The notes below the pieces were generated by a model that saw only the letters and a list, made by a program, of their open reading frames with translations, did not search any database and had not been told where the DNA came from. A program made the position numbers and the translations under genes. Shown piece after piece: positions 58,446-64,000 of a stretch of DNA of 64,000 nt (its first letter is position 1; each line of letters opens with the position of its first letter). The stretch covers positions 6,411-70,410 of the forward strand of contig CAYXWP010000001.1 in NCBI GenBank assembly GCA_964468845.1, read 5' to 3'. The DNA is from an uncultured Candidatus Saccharibacteria bacterium (GTDB lineage: Bacteria > Patescibacteriota > Minisyncoccia > Phycocordibacterales > PALSA-1337).

Positions 58446-58943
58446 TTACTTAATTAATAAATTAATAATACTATGTAGAGACGTAACATATTTATCAGGA
58501 TAATTTTTCATATCAAGAAGAAGATCATCTTTATTAATCCATTTAATTTGCTCGACTTCATCCTCTTGAATAACAAATTGCTCAATGGATCTATCTATCT
58601 CACAAAGAAACCACTGACCAAAATATTTTCTTGGCGATACAGAGTGTTGTTTCGGACCTAATTCTAATTTTATACCTGTTACTCCAATTTCTTCCTCAAG
58701 TTCTTTATACGCATTTGACTCGTATGTCTCTCCTTCTTCAACAGTTCCGGCAGCAGCAGGTCCCCACTTTCCTGGATCCTTACTTTTTGTAAATTTCCTC
58801 TGAGCGATTAGTATTTCACCTTGAGAATTGACCAACCAAATACCAGTACATCTATATGTTTCTTTTAAATAATCCACTTCATCACGATATTTTGTTCCCA
58901 CTGGAACATCATTATCATCTACGATAACTACCTTCTTTTTCAT
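58446..58943 (-). CDS. NUDIX hydrolase (IDI-like)
   Basis: VD.ND, GEILIAQR..K..PGKW, GTVEEGETY..NA.KELEEEIGV, EVEQIKW. Confidence 0.88.
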   Translation of the reverse strand: MKKKVVIVDDNDVPVGTKYRDEVDYLKETYRCTGIWLVNSQGEILIAQRKFTKSKDPGKWGPAAAGTVEEGETYESNAYKELEEEIGVTGIKLELGPKQHSVSPRKYFGQWFLCEIDRSIEQFVIQEDEVEQIKWINKDDLLLDMKNYPDKYVTSLHSIINLLIK

Positions 58944-58956
58944 AAGTCTAATATTA

Positions 58957-59631
58957 TCACATTTTCTTAGCTAAACTCACTATAGTAATTTTCTTTACTT
59001 TATCAACATGTTTGTAACCTAAATCTATTTTTGCATCAGAATTCTGTATGTCCCCATACATCAAATTTTCAAAGCCGTTGTCAGTTAAAATATTGTACAT
59101 TTCCCATTTTGTCTTTATAAAATTAGATACAACAACTGAATTCTGTTTACACCCCAATCTCACTGGTATAACTGTGTTTATTAGGCTTTCTGATCCCTTA
59201 GCAACATCATACGCACTAAATGTCGACAGCAAAATTCCGTCTCTCTTTAAGACTCTTTTAATTTCTAATATTGGTTTTATGTATTCATCAAAATGATGGA
59301 AAACAAAATTTGAAAAAACTATATCAATTGAACCATCTTCAATTGGCATATTAGCCCCATCAGCCACAACAAATTTTACATTTTTATATTTTTCACTTAA
59401 ATTATTACCCGCCAACTTAATCATTTTCTGACTATTATCAATTCCAGTAACAGACTTGGCACCCAATTGAGATAAAATCAGAGAGTACCTACCATCTCCA
59501 CAACCAAAATCAAGAATATCCTTACCTTCTAAACCAATTTTACCAATCAAAGAAAAAACTAGCTCATCCGTCGCAATAAAATCACCTCTATTTTTTGAAT
59601 AATCATCTGAAAGCTTATCTGAGTATTGCAT
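58957..59631 (-). CDS. Class I SAM-dependent methyltransferase
   Basis: ILDFGCGDGR, GIDNS..M, EIKRVLKRDG. Confidence 0.9.
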   Translation of the reverse strand: MQYSDKLSDDYSKNRGDFIATDELVFSLIGKIGLEGKDILDFGCGDGRYSLILSQLGAKSVTGIDNSQKMIKLAGNNLSEKYKNVKFVVADGANMPIEDGSIDIVFSNFVFHHFDEYIKPILEIKRVLKRDGILLSTFSAYDVAKGSESLINTVIPVRLGCKQNSVVVSNFIKTKWEMYNILTDNGFENLMYGDIQNSDAKIDLGYKHVDKVKKITIVSLAKKM

Positions 59632-59639
59632 AAAAATTT

Positions 59640-60098
59640 TTATTTTTCCCAGTTATCTATTAACTGATTAACAATCTTGGCGTTATTTTCTATAAGATCA
59701 TGAGTTATTTTTTTATAGTAACCCACAAGTTCTTCAGCTTTATATTTGTTAATGTTAAAATTTAATTGCAATTGAAAATATGGTTCCCTCTTAATTTCAT
59801 CTTCTATCTTATCTAGATCATAATTATTACGAAAGCTAGATAAACCATACAACTCAATTCCCGACATATTTTTCAATAAATTAAATAGGTTACCACTCCA
59901 GGAATCTGATTTAATGATGAATACAAAATATACTTCATCTCCGTAAGAACCTATTTCACAATATTCTGTAGTTAAAGTAGGTATACCTATCTCTATCGGT
60001 TTATCACTTTTATCATAATTCCCTTTAGTTATTTCCTCAAAAGTCACGACGCCAGAACTTTCCAATTTATTTTTTATTTCTTTAATTATATCTGCCAT
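59640..60098 (-). CDS. Hypothetical protein
   Basis: 152-aa ORF; TATAAT 7 nt before ATG. Confidence 0.65.
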   Translation of the reverse strand: MADIIKEIKNKLESSGVVTFEEITKGNYDKSDKPIEIGIPTLTTEYCEIGSYGDEVYFVFIIKSDSWSGNLFNLLKNMSGIELYGLSSFRNNYDLDKIEDEIKREPYFQLQLNFNINKYKAEELVGYYKKITHDLIENNAKIVNQLIDNWEK

Positions 60099-60166
60099 AA
60101 TTTATATTATATATCATCCGTAGCTTCTATTACATTATTAATTAAAATAATATATTAATTCTCTAC

Positions 60167-60199
60167 AAAAACGCACCTGTAGCCGGAGCTACAGGTGCG
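60167..60199 (-). terminator. Terminator of purD copy 2
   Basis: Perfect 12-bp stem CGCACCTGTAGC/GCTACAGGTGCG followed by TTTTT on the minus strand. Confidence 0.8.
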
Positions 60200-60228
60200 A
60201 GTGTTTTTCAAACGAGGAACGATCTTTG

Positions 60229-61524
60229 TCAGTGGACCGCCAAGGACTTGGCACCGATATCTTTCCGATACTGTGCACCTTCGAAGTCGATGCACTCCAC
60301 ACCGTTGTAAGCGTGATCGAGTGCTTCCTGTAGCGTTGCACCGATGCCGGTGACACCGAGGACACGTCCGCCAGATGTGACGAGATGGCTATCAGTTTGC
60401 TTGGTACCTGCATGGAACACGACGACGCCAGGAAGAATCTCGGCGTTATCGATGCCTGTGATCGGCAGACCTTTTTTGTAGTTAGGCGATGGGTAGCCAC
60501 CGGACGCCATTACAATGCAGGCAGCGAAGCCCGGATTCCACTCGACGTTGATCTCATGGAGTCGTCCTTCGACGCACGCCTCCAAGATGTCGAGCAGATC
60601 TGTTTTCAAGAGACACATGTAAACCTGTGTCTCCGGATCGCCGAATCGCGCATTGAACTCGAGGACCATGGGTCCCGCTTCTGGCATCTTGAGTCCGGGA
60701 TAAAGCAAACCGACGAACGGCGAGCCTTTTTCGCGGAGCCCGCTAAGAATTGGGCCGATGATCTGTTCACTCACCGCATTGTGGTCTTTGAACCACGGGA
60801 CCGGAGCAATCGTACCCATGCCACCGGTGTTCGAACCATCGTCGCCATCGAATGCCGGCTTATGATCCTGCGCTGACGGAAACAGCTTGAACGACTTGCC
60901 ATCGCAGAACGCATGGATAGACACTTCCTGTCCGCCTACATATTCTTCGATGATGACCTCATCGCCAGCGCTTCCATGAAGGTGCTTCACCATGACCTCG
61001 TCGAGAGCCTGTTCAGCTTCGGTAAAATCACGGCAGACGTACGCTCCTTTTCCGAGAGCGAGACCTGATGCCTTCACGACAATCGGTAGTCCAAAGTACG
61101 TAGCAAAATGCCTGCGCACGTCCTCGAGGACTTGAGTGTGGTCCGTGTAAACATCGAACAATGCTGTCGGCACGCCGCAATCTTTCATGAGACGTTTCGA
61201 GAACACCTTCGATGCCTCGATTTGAGCCGCTGCCTTGGTGGGACCGAAGATGCGAAGGCCTTTTGCCTGAAATGCATCCACGATGCCGAGTGCGAGCGGA
61301 TCGTCTTGGCCGACGATAGTGAATTCGATCCCTTCCTTGAGTGCGAAGGCTAAGAGGCCGTCAACGTCCGTAGCTTTCACTGGAACGTTTTCTGCGATCT
61401 GAGCCGTGCCAGCATTACCTGGAGCGACGAAGAGTTTGCCGAGTCGGGGGGATTGGCGAAGTTTCCACGCAATTGCGTGTTCACGGCCGCCACCTCCGAC
61501 CAGTAGGACTTTCATTTGGTTCAT
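60229..61524 (-). CDS. purD: Phosphoribosylamine--glycine ligase (copy 2)
   Basis: MKVLLVGGGGREHAIAW, APGNAG, IEASK, QDHK, NTGGMG, EFNARFGDPETQ, FHAGT, SGGRVL, YRKDIG; AAGGAGA SD. Confidence 0.96.
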   Translation of the reverse strand: MNQMKVLLVGGGGREHAIAWKLRQSPRLGKLFVAPGNAGTAQIAENVPVKATDVDGLLAFALKEGIEFTIVGQDDPLALGIVDAFQAKGLRIFGPTKAAAQIEASKVFSKRLMKDCGVPTALFDVYTDHTQVLEDVRRHFATYFGLPIVVKASGLALGKGAYVCRDFTEAEQALDEVMVKHLHGSAGDEVIIEEYVGGQEVSIHAFCDGKSFKLFPSAQDHKPAFDGDDGSNTGGMGTIAPVPWFKDHNAVSEQIIGPILSGLREKGSPFVGLLYPGLKMPEAGPMVLEFNARFGDPETQVYMCLLKTDLLDILEACVEGRLHEINVEWNPGFAACIVMASGGYPSPNYKKGLPITGIDNAEILPGVVVFHAGTKQTDSHLVTSGGRVLGVTGIGATLQEALDHAYNGVECIDFEGAQYRKDIGAKSLAVH

Positions 61525-61700
61525 GATCTTGTCTCCTTTTTTTGTGAGAGGTTCAGGTGAGTACTTTAAGCCGTACCCTTAGCTTGCCGAAGTACATCGA
61601 CTCTGGAGCAATATTAGCCGACAATTGACATAAAATCAAATTTGTTGAGCTACTGTAGGTCGAACCAAATTGTATAAACCATACGTCCTTTTTTTTATAA

Positions 61701-62162
61701 TCAGTAACCCTTTGGAGGCGACGCTTTTTCTCCAAGATAAATAAGATCTAGAGATATAATTTCTTGGTATATATTATTAACTAGATCACCTAAAATTTGC
61801 TTCTCTTTTTCTGTTTTTGTCATAAGAATGTAGTCTAAAGCCTTATCAAAATCATTATTATATTTTTGATTAATGTCCTTCCAATGTATCCCTTTGAGAA
61901 TAGCTCCTGCATTTTGATCATATGAAATAACCCCAATTTTCAGCAAAAAAGCGATTGACGGGTAGCCCAAATCACCTATCCAATATGAGCTATTATCATT
62001 AGACATAATAGCTTTCTTACTCGAATCGTAAATGACATCGTAATGTTTATTTCTACTAGACGAATATACTTTAGCTGAATTACCGTCAATCTCTACTCTG
62101 CTATCTGCTACGGCACCCAATGCTTCATAAATTTTGATTACGTGAGGATATTTCCATTTCAT
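61701..62162 (-). CDS. Conserved-looking hypothetical protein
   Basis: 153 aa; KIYEALGAVAD.R, SNDNSSYW.G.LGYP. Confidence 0.7.
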   Translation of the reverse strand: MKWKYPHVIKIYEALGAVADSRVEIDGNSAKVYSSSRNKHYDVIYDSSKKAIMSNDNSSYWIGDLGYPSIAFLLKIGVISYDQNAGAILKGIHWKDINQKYNNDFDKALDYILMTKTEKEKQILGDLVNNIYQEIISLDLIYLGEKASPPKGY

Positions 62163-62173
62163 ACACTATTTGA

Positions 62174-62734
62174 TTATAGACTGTTTAGTTCCTTCATTAT
62201 TTCAGGAAGTTCTACATAGCCATCAGTCTCTGAAATATGACCTGCATTGTGCATCACCACTACCTTTGACCCGAGCTCGCTGAACTTCTGTTTATTTATT
62301 TCAAAAGCACCGAACGGATCATTATCGGAAATGATTAAGGTTGATTTTGGCAAAACCTTTCTTATTTTTTCTATGTCTATGGGTGTATGTATCCAAGGAC
62401 TGGCGATCCTCTCAGTTTCCTCATCCTCCAAGTTTTCCAAATTAAACCAACCTGCCACGAATATAGCTCCCCCAACCTTTACATTGACTGTTTCTAAATA
62501 TCGCAAAATAGCCTGACATCCAATACTGTGACCAATAAAATATGTGTTCCTGTCAGGAGTGCCTGCAACTTCTGTGAGTTTGCTAACCCATTTCCCTATT
62601 TCCGGAACATCCATGTCAGGCATTTCGGGTACGAGAACTTCAGAACCAAGCTTCTCTAGCTCGACTCTGAGCCATGGCCTCCAATCACCCTCTGCTCCAG
62701 ACATCCATTGATGGACTATAATTACTTTTTTCAT
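62174..62734 (-). CDS. RBBP9/YdeN family alpha/beta hydrolase
   Basis: IIVH.W, W.PWL, IGHSIGC, SDNDP, AGH. Confidence 0.9.
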   Translation of the reverse strand: MKKVIIVHQWMSGAEGDWRPWLRVELEKLGSEVLVPEMPDMDVPEIGKWVSKLTEVAGTPDRNTYFIGHSIGCQAILRYLETVNVKVGGAIFVAGWFNLENLEDEETERIASPWIHTPIDIEKIRKVLPKSTLIISDNDPFGAFEINKQKFSELGSKVVVMHNAGHISETDGYVELPEIMKELNSL

Positions 62735-62782
62735 ATATATTTGTTAAATTGTAACACGATCATTCATTTTTGATTCTCTTCA

Positions 62783-63448
62783 TTATCCCAAATGGGTATG
62801 GTCGTTGTAAATCCAAAGTCTCCAACTATCCTCCTGTCCAAAACTTGATTGGTAACGGATAACCGTAATGCCAGTATTTTCCGTATGTGCGCTCTTTTGA
62901 AATTTAAAGAATATTTCTTCAGACAGTGAATCACCGACAAGTATCCGGGCAATCAATGTACGCAAGAAAAATCCATGAGTAATTACAACAATTGATTGTT
63001 CTGATTTGTCCTGCAGAAATTTAAGTGCCTTATCAGCGCGTTTTAAAATATCATCAAAATTTTCTCCGTCAGAAATACGCATGCCTGAGATATATAAACT
63101 CTTCTCCCATTCATTCCAAATATCATTTGCCACCTTATCCTCATGAGGTTTACCATTTATAGAAGTTGGCTTCACCCTTTCGACAAATAGATTTGAAAAT
63201 TCATACGTTTTCCCAGTAGCTTTAGCAATAAAGTCGGCAGTTTCTTTCGCCCTTTCTAATGGACTTGTGATTAAGACATCGAATCGTAATTTAGCTATTC
63301 TCTTTGCTATAGACTCTGCTTGTTTTTTGCCAAGCATGCTAAGTGGAGAATCGGGAGATTGGAATACAGAAGTAGCATTATGTTCGCTCTGTCCGTGACG
63401 AATAAAATAAACTATCTTTTTGATATTTTTATCAAGTTTGACATTCAT
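62783..63448 (-). CDS. Histidine phosphatase family protein
   Basis: FIRHGQS..N, SPLERA.ETA, THG, N.H.HL. Confidence 0.92.
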   Translation of the reverse strand: MNVKLDKNIKKIVYFIRHGQSEHNATSVFQSPDSPLSMLGKKQAESIAKRIAKLRFDVLITSPLERAKETADFIAKATGKTYEFSNLFVERVKPTSINGKPHEDKVANDIWNEWEKSLYISGMRISDGENFDDILKRADKALKFLQDKSEQSIVVITHGFFLRTLIARILVGDSLSEEIFFKFQKSAHTENTGITVIRYQSSFGQEDSWRLWIYNDHTHLG

Positions 63449-63768
63449 ATATTTTCCAAAGGATACACATCCAAAGCTACTTCTTCATACGGATGGACAC
63501 TTTTAATTGCTTCAATTACATCAGTCAGTTTTTCTCTAGAACAAACCACCTCTATTCTTTCCTCTACAACTTCCTCAAATTTTCCAACTTCACCTATATA
63601 TGGATTAGCCTCTTGTTCTGGTCTGAACCTTCCGACACCCTTTGACGAGAAAGTGCAGTAACTATAATTACCAATTTTGCCTGCACCAGCCTTGCCCATA
63701 GCTTCACGAACTATATCTGTGTGAGTTTCTGGCACAAAGACTATAATTTTTACGTTATTTGAATTCAT
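63445..63768 (-). CDS. YqfO/Nif3 PII-like domain protein (stand-alone)
   Basis: VFVP..H, AGAG.IGNY..C.F, G.GRF.P...ANPYIG, HPYEEVA.D. Confidence 0.88.
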   Translation of the reverse strand: MNSNNVKIIVFVPETHTDIVREAMGKAGAGKIGNYSYCTFSSKGVGRFRPEQEANPYIGEVGKFEEVVEERIEVVCSREKLTDVIEAIKSVHPYEEVALDVYPLENI

Positions 63769-63770
63769 AT

Positions 63771-64000
63771 TTAAAATTCCTTTTCATCTCCCTCATTCAT
63801 AATAATAAATTCAATACCATTCTCAGACAGAACCTTCTCAGGTACTTTATGTGAAGCTCCAATACGATCTTTCTGAAGCATTCCATCATGAACAGGAAAA
63901 ACTTTCTTAGGCTTTACTGTTAATGCATACCGAATAGCATCAGAAACCCTACACCAAGGGCCAGCGACAGGTAGCGCAAGAATATCAATTTCTTTTTTAG
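63771..64000 (-). CDS. MBL-fold metallo-hydrolase, C-terminal part, runs off window end
   Basis: Hand translation IDILALPVAGPW...A...KPKKVFPVHDG; stop at 63771. Confidence 0.7.
   Translation of the reverse strand, partial: KKEIDILALPVAGPWCRVSDAIRYALTVKPKKVFPVHDGMLQKDRIGASHKVPEKVLSENGIEFIIMNEGDEKEF

Noticed and set aside
1-64000. CRISPR array, integron, transposase, prophage, DGR or alternative genetic code
   Set aside because: No regularly spaced repeats, no recombinase/RT/phage genes recognised, and conserved genes are full length under code 11 with TGA stops

Overview
AT-rich bacterial chromosome segment (standard code; TGA is used as stop) whose gene content and compact style point to a Patescibacteria/CPR organism, probably Parcubacteria (inference). 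The backbone is mostly on the minus strand. It carries type IV pilus pilB/pilC, typA, dnaX, dus, serS/lysS/proS, greA, a reduced dcw cluster (mraZ-rsmH-ftsL-ftsI-murF), mreBCD-mrdA, an ECF sigma factor with a putative anti-sigma and a two-component pair, tRNA-Gln(TTG) and tRNA-Glu(CTC). Accessory parts are a very AT-rich glycosylation locus (27.2-36.7 kb), long runs of small house-cleaning enzymes (47.8-64 kb), and about a dozen more GC-rich single-gene units with their own promoter and terminator, including two unrelated-looking purD genes and a purC-purE fusion. Most notable signals: a palindrome inside an ORF6N gene duplicated just after the gene; one 11-bp-periodic operator shared by pilB and the ORF6N gene; a structured mini-element duplicating the tRNA-Glu 3' end; two ECF-type promoters, one driving an ORF-less transcript; and pervasive leaderless promoter geometry. 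No CRISPR array, integrase or transposase was seen. All calls are by eye from motifs; no searches were run.
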